From: Chlorokybus atmophyticus
Lineage: Eukaryota; Plantae; Mesostigma and Chlorokybus algae
Length of the DNA stretch: 64,000 bases
Reading direction: 5' to 3'
NCBI GenBank assembly: GCA_009103225.1
Contig: RHPI01001616.1
Coordinates: 61,444-125,443, forward strand
Made by a program: the position numbers and the translations under genes
Notes under the pieces: generated by a model
The model's database searches: none
Seen by the model: only the letters and a program-made list of their open reading frames with translations
What the model was told of the DNA's origin: nothing
Shown here: positions 1-12,933 of the stretch, one piece after another
How the letters are laid out: every line of letters starts with the position of its first letter
How positions within the stretch are numbered: the first letter of the stretch is position 1

Positions 1-3000
1 GCATGTCATCTTCCGTGCCAACTTCTACAGCAGGCTCCAGCAATGAAGCATCTGACTCGTAGGGCACAGTCTGTTGTATGCTAACAAGTTCTGCAGGAAG
101 TGCTAATTGTTGGAGTTGCGGTGCCTGGTCATGGCCTTCAAGCTCAGTGCCATCTGACTCATTGACAGCAACAGAAGAAGTATGCGCTGGTAGGGCAGCA
201 TCAGATGATGGGGATACCTCTTGCTCGGTCTCAGGCGCTTCGTATAGAGGTTGCAAAGGTGGTAGTGCAGTTGCGTCCTCAGCAACAACAGTGTCGTGCG
301 TGTCATTGACGTGGGCTTGATCGGATAATGACGCCTCAGGTGCTGTCTCCTGTGCCATAGCCGCCTGCTCGGGTGCACCCACTCGGCGCGCGTCCTCAAT
401 CAGCGCGTTAAGCACTTCATCGGCAGCAGCTGCATCATCAAGCGATGGCTCCTCATCTCTTGCATCTTCCGGCCTCATGTCCTCAGGTGCTGGCTCAGAG
501 GCTTCTTCTTCAGTTGCAGGTCTGCTTGCATCTCCAGATGCGCCCTCGTGCTTGGAACCGGTGACTTTCCGAGCCAAGTGTTGTGGCACCTCAGGGAAGG
601 AAGCCTCCGATGGCAGTGTCTCAGCCTCGATGGCACTATCAGACTCCACCTCCGGTGCTGGCGTCTCAGTTTCAACCTTGGGTTCTGCGGTTGGTTCAGA
701 ATGGGTCTGACCAAGCTGAGACATGGTCTCAGCTTCAACCACAGGCGCAAGATCGGCTACTGGCTCAGCCATGGCCTCAGAAGCTGGCTGTGATTGGGTT
801 GCAGGCTCAGCCTCAGGGTTTTCGGCCCCATCCTCAAGGGCTAGTGCGGGCCGGGACTCTACCACAACCTCTTCGGCTGCCACATCAGGCGCGGGCGCAG
901 ACAGGCTCTCAAACTCAGGTAGGGTCTCATGCTCCCGCTTGTTATCATCAGCTTGAGCAATGTCAGCCTTGGGCGTCTGGTATACAGTCTTGCGCGCATC
1001 CTTGAGCTCTGCATCCAATTCTGATGGGAACTGAGTTTCTTGCACAGGCTCCGTCTCAGCGCCCACCTCTGGGTCTGACACTGGATCGCGCTCAGACTCA
1101 GGCGGGTCAACAGCAGTTTCAAACGTAGGCCCCGTCTCCATGCCACCATCCGCATGCATTTCAACCTCAATGTCAAGATCATCCTCGTGCTCACTTTCCG
1201 GCTGTGGTTCCGCCTCAGATTGGGACTCAACCTGGTGCACAACTGTGACCTCTGAATGCGCATCCACCTTGGTCACCTGCTCACCAGCCTCAGCCGCAAC
1301 GCTGGGCTGATCCTCCAACTCGGGTGTGCCATCGCCCTCAGGGTTGCGCGTGAGCTCCTCCTCACCCTCCACCTCTGCCTCCACCTCCACCTCTCTCTCT
1401 CCCTCGGCCTCAGCCTCTGTTTGGGACTCGCTTGCAAGCTTGGGTGACGCATCCTCCAGCAGGTTACGCTCGGGTTCCTTTGCACCGGCAGCCTCATCAG
1501 GCTCCGCCTCTACCCCAGGTTCAACTTCTGCTTCTGCTTCTGCCTGTGGATGAAGCTTTGAGTTGCTCAGAGGGTCCGGTGTCATGTCAACCTCAAGGTC
1601 AGCGTTAAGCTCCTTCCTTGCCGCGGGCTCCTCAGTCTCAAGCTCCCCATCGTCGTGCGCATTGGGCTCGGGCTCCTCAGCCTCCGCTGGGAATCCCGGC
1701 ACAAGTTCTGGCGTGACCTCAGCGTTGGCAAACTCATCTGCTGGCCGAGTGTGCAAGTCCACCTCCCCCTCCACTTCAACCTGTGCTTCAACCTCTGCAT
1801 CAAGCTGAACCTCGGGTTCCATCTCAACCGCATGCTCCGCCTCCACCATTGTCTCCATGTCGACCTCGCCAAGGTGATCCACCTCAGTCTCAGGCTGATG
1901 CTTCGGGTCCACCTCAGCCTCCATCTCTGCCTCTGCCTCGGGCGCAAGATTAAACTCAGGAGTGAATTGGGCTTCAAGGTGCTGTTCCTGCTCAAGCTCT
2001 ACTTGCCCATCCCTGAGCTCAATTGGAGACTCAACCTCAGGCTTGAGCTCAGCCTCAGGCTCAACCTCTGGCTCTTGCTCAAACTCAGGCTCTGGCTCGG
2101 ACTCCACATCGTCAACAGCCTCAGCCTGGAGATTGATAACAGCCTCGTGCTCGAGTTGTGGCTTTGCCTCGGCCTCAGTGTCTGCAAACTCCGCATCCGC
2201 CATGTCGGGCTCGGGCGTTGTTGCCTCCGCCTGCTCCTCGGATGCGGGCTCAGCTTGTAGAACAGGGTCATAACCTGCATCAACCTCGGCCTCGGACTCA
2301 AGTTCTGTCTCAGGCTCAGGCTCCAGTTCCAAGTCCGCCAACATGGACTCTGGTTCGGACCCTGCCTCGGTCTCGGGCTCGGGCTCCACCTCAACCTCGG
2401 TTGTGACATCGGCCCCGCCCTCGAGTTGTGGCTGCACCTCGGCCTTAGCATTGAACTCAGCCTCTAAGTCCGCCTCAAACTCAGGCTCAGGCTGTGTTTG
2501 TAGCTCAGTCTCAGGCTCAGTCTCAGACTCAGCCTCATGCTGCTCCTCGAGCTCGGGTTCAAGCTGGGGATCAAGTGCCTCAACCTCAAGGTCGAGTGGT
2601 GTTTTTGATGCTGATGGTGACGGTGTCTGCTCCCTGTCTCGTTCAGAGTGCTCTGGCAGGTCCTCCTCATTGTCTTCTGCGTTCGTGTTTGCAGCCAAGT
2701 GAGCTTCAGGTGAGTCCACATCGCCTTCAACAGCTTTGGCAGGCAACTCACTCGCTGTCACAGGATGTGTTGGCGACGATGCTTCCAAGCCTGAGGTCAG
2801 GTGTTGAGACCTGTCATTCTCATCTTCTTCCTGCAGCTCGGAGTTAGGTTCCCCTTCCTCGGCCGCATCCGCATCCGCATCCGCATCCGCATCCGCATCC
2901 GCATCCGCATCCGCATCCGCATCCGCATCCGCTTGCGCTTGCGCTTCAGTGGCTAAAATAGAATTGGCTTTCTGTCGAGTGGCCTCTGCTTTGTAGCCCA

Positions 3001-5919
3001 AGTCTTCACCTTCCTCTTCCTCTTCCGCCCCTTCTTCTGCTTCACCTTCATCTTCTTCGTCTTCTGCCCATTCTTTTTCACCCTGTTCTCTCTCCGATTC
3101 AGCTTGCGCATCCGACTCTGCTATGTGCGGGTCCGCCAATACCGACATATCCTGCGAAGGGGCAAAGCCCTCGCTTTCCCTTCCATCATTCAAGTCTGTG
3201 GCTTCAATGCTCCCTGCAATGTCAGCTTCAAGCTGACTGTCCCCAAAGTCTTCCCCTTGTCTTTCTGATTTACTTCCAGCTTGTTCTGCGTCACCACCTT
3301 GATCTACGGCTTCAACAGGTGCTTCGGCTTCGGCTTCGGCTTCGGCTTCGGCTTCGGCTTCGGCTTCGGCTTCGGCTTCGGCTTTGGCCTTTGCTTCGGC
3401 TTCTATGCTTCCGCTGAGTGAAACTCTGTGTGTGTCTGTTTCCAGCTGAGCCGTTAAGATAGTGAAAGAGCCACCTTTGCTGCTGCTCGATCTACGCTGC
3501 TGCACATGTTGCATGCCGTTATTGGCATCACCAGCATCCTCATAGTCACGCGCAATATGGCCTGAGCCCTCGACCACATGTTGCGCAACAGCCAACAAGT
3601 GCTCGTCATGTTGGGACTGAACTGACAATGAGTTCCTTGCCTCCACAACCGTGCGCATGTGAACATCCTCCTCTCCCTCCTCCTTCTCCATGTTACGCTC
3701 AAAGGGTGTCGGCACTCTGTTGGCAACCTCGCAATGCGAGTCAAAGTTAGGGTCTGGTCCTGGTTGAGTCCCGAGCTCCCGCTCTCGAGTGGGTTCGGGA
3801 CGCTGCTTGCGTCTGGTCCTGGGACTAGGGTCGCCTGCAATCCTGACCCTGCGGGAGTCCTGGGGAGCATCCGGGACCGCGACGGGGATGGGATCAGAGG
3901 GGTGCTCCTGCACGACATGATACAGCCAAGTGTCAGCCAGCATAAACATAAGTACCTATGTATGTATCAGAGGTGTGCATCAGTACGTAGCACACGTGGA
4001 CGTATGCGTGCGTGCACGCGCGCATGTGTGTACGCGTGTGCACACAAGCGCGTGCGTGTGTGCTTGTGCACGGTAATCTGTCCTACGATGCAGTAAGTGG
4101 TAATATGGACCCGATTGCGTACATTCTTGGCAGTAAGGTCGATTCGTGTTGGGGCCTTCAGAACCCTACACACAAAGACATGCGTAAGTACATGTAAATA
4201 CCCCAGCCACTTTGCAAAACTATGCAACTTTACACAACAACAACCCAACATACTTGTTCTCTGTGCCCTTCCCCTCGCGTTCCAGTGTCCTTTTAGCCGC
4301 TCTGACTCTCAGCGCATCAGCAGGTCCCAGCTGCAGCCCTGGCGCGAGACTCTGCTGTCCCAGCAACAGGTCCTGGGACCGGCCGAGGCCCCGCGTGTGG
4401 GACCAAAGCTGGGACTGAGAGTGGAGATGGGACTGTGGTTGGGTGAGGAGGGATGATGTGGTTGGGACTGAAGGCGTGAAGAAAGGGTCGAAAGGAGGTG
4501 TTGAGTTGAGGGCGAAAGCCGCCACTATTGCAGTGTTCTGTGAAGACAACAGGAGTTAACACGTCAGCAACAGCCAGCGGGTGCAACAGTGTGATGTGCG
4601 TGCGTGCGCGTGCGTGCATGCGTGTGTGTGTAAGTGCGCGCTCGCGTGTATCTGCGTGTACATGTCTAAAATGATCATGTATCGTACCTCGTAGATGAAG
4701 GCAATATCGTTGCCCATCCGTAGCAGACAGTTCTCGCCGTCATAAACAAACTCCCGCTGGCGTCCCATCTGTTTCTGCTCACACAGCAACAAGCAGTCAG
4801 TCAATTGCGTCACTCATACCACAATATATATGCAACTGTTTGTTGGATTCACCCTTACCCTCCAACCCGTGACGGCTTCCACCACTTGCAAGGTGGCCTC
4901 CACCGCTGTCAGCAACAACGCCTTGGTCTCTGCTTTGACACTAGGATCCCTACAAGGCAGTTCGGGTAAATGTAAATGTGCATGCATGCGTGCACCCATG
5001 TGCGTACACGCGTACATGCACACGCACACGCACGCACACTGATGTGCATGCATGCACACGCAGGTGTGGGTAGGTGCGTGCAGGCGCGCGCACATACACA
5101 CACACACAACTGCATATCAATTAACATCGCACCAGCTTACATGTCATCTGAGGGTGGAATCGAGCTCGCGTGCAACCGTAGCTTGTCCACCACGGCATCA
5201 CGCATCCTTACGGCCTTCACCACCTGCATCTCCCTGTCGACGTCCTTCACAACAGGCCCCACGGGCACTTTACGTCTGCAAACACACATGAGTTGGTTCA
5301 ATTCCACAGTAATGATAATACTCGAGCACAAAAAACAATGTAGTGTGCTTACGTGCGAGTGACAACTTCGGCCTTTTTATCCTCTTCTTGTGTGTGCTTC
5401 TCACTGCTCCTCTCTACACTGGTCCTGGACCCAGCCCTAAAGCTGCCACTCATGTCCCTGGGTGAGCTCTCGCTCAGCGGGTCCCTCTCAGCCTCATGAT
5501 TCCGGTCCCGAACCCGCTCCTGCTCCAGATCCCTACTGACCCTTTTCTCATATTTCTTCATCAGCCTCTCTGCCTTCTCTATCACGGCCTTCGGGTCCTT
5601 TACACTTGAGTCTCGAATCCCTCTCATGTCCTTCAAGTCCTTTGAGTCTTTTATTCTAATCCTTTGCTCCTGCTGATTGTAATGAGCCCTAAGGTCCTCT
5701 TTGCTAGGAGGGTCCCGGGTTACTTTTCTAATGTCCAGCTGGAGAGTTGGACTCAGGCTGGGTTCGGGATAGGAATGGTCCCGGGCTGAATCGAGGGGAG
5801 GGGGAGAGGGTAAGGACCCGATCGGGACCAGCCGGGTCGGGATGGGAACGGGACTGAGGGACTGTATGAGGGACTCCGCTGCACCTGGTTGGGCCTGAGA
5901 CAAAACACATGTGGGGACA

Positions 5920-5970
<51 letters not shown>

Positions 5971-8900
5971 ACCTTCTCCTTACCATAATGTTGGCGAAGC
6001 TGGACTCGAGGGCAGCCACGGTGCTTTTGAGGACCTCCGCCTTGAGGCGCTTTACCTGCTCTGCCACCGCATCACCTCCATACCTGATACATCCAACGTT
6101 GTGTCATTACTTTGTTATTGGGTACCATACCATCAGCACTGTCTATATGTATCTTGCATTGGTGTCATGATGTGTCTGCGTATGGAACTCACCTGCGCTG
6201 TGTTGCAAACACATCTGGGCCGCTATGTCCATTGTCCACGCTGTCGTTGTTGTTGCTTATTGCGGCGGCGGCAGTGGCGTTGGGTATGGCTGGGAGAGCT
6301 TTGCTTCTGTCAATAAGACACATGGGTGAAAGCTGTCAGCATTCAAACGTTGTCATTTGCATCAGAGGATTATTACAAGCAGTTGTGTACTCACTCGGCT
6401 GCGGCCTGCTTGGCTCGCTCGCTCTCAGGCAGTATGCCGAACCTACAATTCAGGCAGTGTGTCAACATGACGAGTATGTGGCATGCTGACACAACACTTA
6501 ATCAGTAGATGAGACAGTTGAGTATATGCCTGCGGTAAAGGAAGAGCTCGCGCTGCCGGCGGCGCTTCTCCTGCCACTCTTTCAGAGCTTTGCTTGCATC
6601 CTACACGAGACAAGAAACATTCTCACCATTCGTGAAAATGTACACACGCACATATATGCACATCTGTGTGTGCGAGGGCGTGCGCGTGCAGGTTGATATG
6701 TGTGCACGCACACGCGTGCGCGCACATGCGCACACGTCCCAGTATCTACCAACCACAGATGCAGGCACACACATGCAAACATACCGCGTCCAACGATCGA
6801 CTGTTGTTCACTTACTCTGTTCTCCAGTCGAGTCTTTATCTCATTCAACATCGCGCGTTGTTTCGCCTCCTACCAAACATAGCAAGCCACTTATCACAGT
6901 CCAGAAAAGTTCAAACCACTTGGCCATCATTCTGACTTCAGCACGTGAAGCCTCACCTTTTCTTCTGCTGTGGGCTCCCTCGGCTTCACTTTCCTCTGCA
7001 CAGAAAAACAATGCATCAACTTCCGACTTCAATTTGCGTCAAGAGCACTGTGCTACACTGTACATGCATACAAGTACAGAAAAATAAGACATCACAGCCA
7101 ACATCAACCACTTACCCTTTTCTTGCGCTTCTTCTTGACTGGCAACCGCTCTTCGTCAAAGAAGCCTTGCGGCTGAAAGGCGTATATACAAGAATCACTT
7201 ATGCGTGCGTGCGTGCGTGCGCGTGAATGTGCGCATGCGCCTATGTGCACAAGTGTAGATGTGCGTAGATGTACATGTGCGTTGCTGTGTGCATGCGCGC
7301 GCATACATGCGCTTACTTGTGTGTCTGTGTGTGTCTGAGTGCGTGGCTGCGTATGTTTGCATGTGTGCACATATGTGCATGTGTGCACATATGTGTTTGC
7401 ATGCACATGCGTTCGTGCTTGCATACGTGTGTGTTTCTACGTGTGTGTGTGCGTGCGCGCGCGCACGCACTTAGAAGCACACACTGGTGGCGCGTGCGTA
7501 ATGAGAGTGCTCTGTCCACCATCTCACTGATTGTCCCTTACCTCAGGTTTTAAAAAGGCTTTGCTTCTGTCAACAACATTCCTGTCGTCGGCCCGCGCAG
7601 GAAGCGCCAGCCTATCCGGCTTCACCTCCGGTCGCCGCAACTGATCAACAAAGCAATGGATGTGCTGCGTTATATTTGTTGTTGTTGTTGTTGTGCCAAT
7701 GTTTTGCCACACACCTTTGGGAGTGAGATCGCACTGTTGCTGTTGTTGTGGTTGTTGGTGCGTGGTGTGGCGTGCGGATGGCTGCGGGCACTCGCGACGC
7801 TGCCGTTGTTGCTGCTGCTAGCTGGTGCAACCTGCGTTGTATATGACATGGGTGTCATAAGAGCAGGATGAATTAGCAACAAGCTTCTTCTCAACAACCA
7901 CGCCAAGCCAACACCCATACCCGCACCCCTTCTCACCCCCCCCCACCCCCCCACCCCACCACACACACACACACACCCCATACCACACAACAACAACAAC
8001 AACAACAACATTGACCCCGATGAGCATCACCACCACCACCACAACAACAACGACAGCGTCAGCCTCACCTTACTCCTACTCCTCTCCTTGACCCCACCCT
8101 TCCCCTTCTCCTCCCTCCTCCCCTCCTTCTCCCTCTCCCTCTCCCTCTCCCTCTCCTCCTTCTCCTTCTCCCCCTCCTCCCCCCAACCCCCGACCGCCGC
8201 CGTCGGGGAGCGCGGGGACGAGGGGGCCGAGAGGGGCGGGGTGGACAGCGCGCGAAGACGGGCCTGGGAGGGGGAGGGAGAGTGAGTGGGAGTGTGTGTG
8301 TGTGTGGGTGGGTGGGTGAGTGGGGGAGGGGGGGGAGGATCGTGTGCTCATGGACGTGTGCTTGCAAGCTATTGTGCGTTTGCGTGCCAATGCACGCGTG
8401 CGTGTACATGAGCATGTGTGCGTGCGTGCTCACTTGTGTGGAAGTGTGTCTGCATGTGAATGTGGGTGTGCGCGCAGTGGTGAACAAGGATTCTGTGCGC
8501 ATATGCAAATGTGTTGTCTATGCGAGCGGGCTCCCTCCCTCGCGTATGTGTGTTCTTGTGCACGTGTGCTTATATGCACGTGTGCGTGTACGCATGCGTG
8601 TGTGTGCGGGTACCTTGTGTCAATGTGTGCGTGCGTGTGTGGGTGTCTGTTTGTGCGTGCGTACGTTTATGAAGGAGCACTCTGTGCCCGTGTGTGCATA
8701 TGTACTGTACAACACACACGCACACACGCGCGCATACGCGAGCGAGGGCACCTGTGCATGCACACGATGCTCGTCACAAAGTTACTGATACGTCAACAAC
8801 CTTTCATGTGTTTCCAGTCGACAACTACTGTAGTGCTTATCAGCAAGTTCCATTTAAACGTCTCTTCATCAGTTTCGTCACTGATAAATCCCTATCACTA

Positions 8901-9532
8901 GATTTATTCGCCAATCACCCACCATTGTTCTCATGTCAATCATCCGCTGTCTCGTTCAATTGGCAGCGAAAGTGAAGTTACGTCTTACTGAAAACTTCTT
9001 GCTAGACAGTTTCTAGTGCAGCTTAGGTTTTGCACAGCGGTTAAGAGGAAACGCAGTTCATGCTGTGAATGTGTGAGTCGCCTTGAGTCATTCTGATTGT
9101 GTACTTGTGCAATTCTCCAATTAAGCACCCATCACACCACCTCACCTTGATGGCTTCATCATCCTCGTCGGCATATTTGTTAGAATCCACAACAGCCTCG
9201 ACGTCGCCGCCAAATCCGTCAGCATCATCTCTCTTGTGTGGATTGTCCGCATCCCCCTCCACCCCCTCCCCTCTACCGCTCGTCTCCGCCGCCTCCTGCT
9301 CCTGCTCCTGCTCCCCATCTCCGCCGCCATCATCCCAGTCATCCTGGGAGTACACCTCCTCCTGCGCCTCATCCTGTCCCTCCTTGTCCTCCTCGTGGCC
9401 TGGTCCATCTCCGGCCTGGTCCGACGAGGCGGCTGCGGCGGCGACAGAGTGGTTTAACTCCTCCACGTCCTCCGCCCAGTCGTCATCTGCGGCGTAGCTC
9501 TCCTCCTCCTCGCCGTCGTCGCCGCCATCCAT
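1..9532 (-). CDS. Large multi-exon acidic, low-complexity/coiled-coil protein of unknown function; 3' end lies beyond the window start
   Basis: ATG at 9532 opens a D/E-rich exon (MDGGDDGEEEESYAADDDW...). Further GT-AG exons include KPDRLALPARADDR, EAKQRAMLNEIKTRLENR, LKEWQEKRRRQRELFLYRR, the 5349-5900 exon and GRQREFVYDGENCLLRMG. GKGTENK|VLKAPTRIDLTAKN|EHPSDP splice in consistent phase. The last visible exon starts at ~3907 and reads as one E/A/D/P-rich frame in the parts translated; it was not checked codon by codon to position 1. Confidence 0.75.
2865..2930. repeat. (GCATCC)11 coding microsatellite, poly-(Asp-Ala) on the minus strand
   Basis: Perfect hexamer tandem; minus frame GAT GCG repeats. 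Confidence 0.95.
3321..3380. repeat. (GCTTCG)10 coding microsatellite, poly-(Glu-Ala) on the minus strand
   Basis: Perfect hexamer tandem; minus frame GAA GCC repeats. Confidence 0.95.
5922..5969. repeat. (GT)24 intronic microsatellite
   Basis: Direct reading. Confidence 0.95.
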
Positions 9533-10109
9533 CGCAGTCGACGTTGATTTGGTAAGGGCGCTAGCTTGGCCTGGCCCGGCCTGGCGCCCTCCGGCCTGGC
9601 CTGGCGTGGCCTGGGTATGGTACGATCACGGCCTGGTCCGGCCTCAGTCTGGCATGGCCCTAACGCTCGCAGCAATAATTTTGAAACAGTGAACTAAAAC
9701 GCCAAAGTGAATCACAGCAACTGGACGTGATTGACGGTGAATCAGGGTCATCGACTGTGATTCATACGGAGGGCTAAGCGCGTATCTCCGCATCACGTGC
9801 GCACAACAACTTTGCATTTCAGCTGCCTTTAATAGCCCGCGTAGATATCAGGCAGCTCTCAGCTACATCAACAACACACCGATATGCATACAAGCAGGGA
9901 TATCAATACCGATAGCGTTTCTCGCCGCGGCGTACAACGTGATTCGTCGCTGTGCCTATCCAATTCAAAAGTGCTGAGCTCAGCTTTGGCGGGCAGGACA
10001 GATAAGCTTGAAGCGGCGGCGAGGAGGGCGGCGGCGGCGGCAGGAAGGTTGTTGTTGTCGCAGGCGGCAAGGGTGACATCCGGGAGGGGTTTTGGGTTGC
10101 TCAAGCAAA

Positions 10110-12021
10110 ATGGCGGGGCCGGTTGTCGACGCGGCGTACTTGAAGGTGAGCACCGCGCTGTGCCTGGGGCTGTTGTCGAATTTGCCATGCTTAGTAGGGT
10201 TCTGGAGGAAAGTGGCGTGGATTCGGGGTGGCGTGGTGTGCGGGACTGGTGTGAAGCGGTGATGTCTTGGCGAAATCTGTACTGAGTGTGATTATGGATG
10301 AGTGTCGTAGCACGCGTGCAGCCGCTGCTACGACAGTTCGCTGTTGACGGTGAAAGCATGTTGGGGCTACCCTATGCATGTGGCACAGACATCGCATAGC
10401 ACACACCTGGTGTTCAATTGTGATTGGATGAGATTCGCGCTCGTTCGGATTTGGACACCAGCTATGTCATGCTGCGGTCAACCTACCATGTGCGTTTTTG
10501 CTCTTGTCATCATTGTTACACACTTTGTAAGCCTTCAGCCGACGTCAGTTTACACTTGCCGCAATTGACCAAAGATTCAGTTATGTACCTTATTGTCTTA
10601 TCACACAGAGCATAGAAAATGCAAGGCGCGATATTCGTGCTCTCATCGTCAACAAGCAATGCGCTCCCATTCTCGTGCGGCTCGCTTGGCATGATGCCGG
10701 CACTTTTGATGTCCGATCCAAGACGGGCGGACCCAATGGCTCCATCCGTAACGAAAAGGTACGCCAAATGCATAGCGACAACATCTGACAGTCATGAAGC
10801 GCAAACAATCACTGTTGACAATTACAGCCCTGTTTTACACCAACATATTGCTTGGTACCTGAGACTCTCGTCTATGCACAAAGCAAACTTTCTGTGTACA
10901 AGTGTGTTTTGGCTTAACGCAAGCTTGAAGCAAGCATGTCTGTTGCAGGAGCTCGCGCACGCAGCAAACCGCGGCTTGCACATAGCTGTGCAGCTGCTGG
11001 AGCCGATCAAAGCAAAGTATCCCAACTTGACGTACGCGGATCTCTATCAGCTCGGGGGTGTAGTTGCAGTTGAGGCCACTGGCGGTCCCACTGTTGATTA
11101 CGTGCCAGGCCGTAGAGACTCCAAGGTTGATTGTTGGTACAAAACACTTATTGACAGGATGCAGTGCATGGAGTGTCGTCTAATTTCAGCTCTCTTTGCG
11201 GCTTGTCTTGGCAGGTGTCACCACCAGAGGGTCGACTTCCAGATGCGAAGAAGGGTCCAATGCACCTTCGGGATGTGTTTGGAACCATGGGCTTGTCCGA
11301 TAGGGATATCGTTGCACTTTCGGGTGCCCACACTTTGGTACGTGTGTGCTGTATGGTCATTTACGTGGCATTGCAGGCACGGTAGCTGACTTGAATTGTG
11401 GATCGATAGGGCCGAGCGCACAAGGATCGCTCTGATTTTGAAGGCCCTTGGACTCCGGAGCCCTTGAAGTTTGACAACTCTTACTTTAAGTGCGTGGGTG
11501 TCATTCTTGTCAGCCGGTTTTTGGTATGATGAACAGTGCGTGCAGTGTGTTGACTTGTTTCATGGCTGCATTGTTCAACAGGGAACTTCTGAGAGGCAAC
11601 CGAGCGGATTTGCTCAAGCTGCCATCGGATCTATGCTTGCTGGAAGACCCAATTTTCAGGCCGCTTGTGGAGCTTTATGCTGCGGTACCCTGCCAGTCTG
11701 TGCTGATTGCATATGTGTGATACTACCCTTGCTAATTGAGGATGTTTAATGAGCTTGTCGTGGCAGGATGAGGAGGCCTTCTTTAGGGATTATGCGGCAG
11801 CGCACAAGCGCTTATCAGAATTGGGCTGCACTCTGCCAAAGAACGTCCACACGACGCCAACCGGCACCTCTATGGACGGCTCTATGCTTTCTCTCAACAA
11901 TCCCGACACGGTGATCCTCGTCCAGGCCGGCTTTGGCATTGCCGTCGCTGTTGGCGTGGCCGTCCTCGCGTATACGTATGAGACAAGGCGGCGTTTGAAG
12001 AGTCTTGTCAAGAAAGCTTGA
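10110..12021 (+). CDS. APX3: Ascorbate peroxidase, peroxisomal membrane-anchored (APX3-type)
   Basis: Spliced: [12 protein letters not shown] (10110-10145) | [34 protein letters not shown]...[11 protein letters not shown] | [10 protein letters not shown]...[19 protein letters not shown]... | ...[16 protein letters not shown] | [15 protein letters not shown]...FDNSYF | ...[24 protein letters not shown] | [21 protein letters not shown]-terminal hydrophobic helix followed by a basic tail ([13 protein letters not shown]). Distal RLAWH and proximal GAHTLG motifs are intact. Confidence 0.95.
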
Positions 12022-12615
12022 CGAGCAAGTGAAAACTGGTGAAGTGCTTTGTCGTGTCAAACTTGGTTGTGATGAGACTTGTGCTGTAGCGAGACGACTC
12101 GCTGGCTTCGCTGTCTGTATGTAGCCCTTTCCCCATTGTATAGAGCCGTGTATGTACCAATAGCTGCGTGTATGAAGCGTGCATTGTGTCCTGTGGATGG
12201 GTTTTGCAAGTCTGCATTGCGCATGGTGCTGCCTGCATGCTTCACTGATCAGCCATAACCAGATTGAATGGTATCGCCAAGGACCATTCTGCTCGTTGTC
12301 CTGTTTAACCATCTTGTGCTGAGGTTGTGGTGTGATCTTGAGGGCACGGGCATGCGGTGGTGCCACACAGCTGCATGTGTAATACCTCTACTGGCATGAC
12401 AGTATAATATAAGTATGCATGCATATGGACAGTCCGTAGGCACATGCCACTGTACAGACCCGATGCATATCATGCAGGGACATGTTGCAAACATGAGCAC
12501 GCCCTCATGCACAATATGCATGTTGCATGTGCCATTGCACCCGTCGATGGCTGGCTGCAGCCTGAACAGTGATGCAACACAAGCCACAAGCACATTAAGA
12601 TCTGCTTGTGTGTGA

Positions 12616-12933
12616 TATTGTCCTGCTGAATTTAGGATACAGTTCCAGGGTATACTAAGCAGAAGGGCTCCACACCCTGCCAGCAGTATCTCCGAGACTG
12701 CCAAGCACGGGGTGGTGACCTCACAATGCATTCGTTTTGTGAGGCTGTCCACGTACAGGGCACACTTCTTGCAGGATATGGTGACTCTGTTGACAGAGAT
12801 GTGCCAGGAAGGGTACGATAAGATTGCACTACTCTCAGTGTTGTGCAGATGGTGTGCGAGGCAACATGGACTGGTGCTTGACGGAACATACAACCATCTA
12901 TTCCACTTGGTGAAGAGAAGGATGGACACGTAA
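12616..12933 (+). mobile_element. 5'-truncated Penelope-like RT thumb-domain fragment
   Basis: RRAPHPASSISETAKHGVVTSQCIRFVRLSTYRAHFLQDMVTLLTEMCQEGY aligns by eye with RAPLPESNAPRSVKLGVVESRYVRFIRVCTYRTHFINAITDMLTAMQSEGH of the RT element at 29.6-31.4 kb. Confidence 0.7.

Noticed and set aside
78-2850. Many overlapping ORFs in the ORF track
   Set aside because: Shadow frames of the single acidic minus-strand exon.
9868-10359. Minus ORF resembling a thylakoid-lumen signal (AAAAALLAAASSLSVLPAKA)
   Set aside because: It is antisense to the APX3 5' UTR and first exon (ATG 10110); no recognisable mature domain or splice support.
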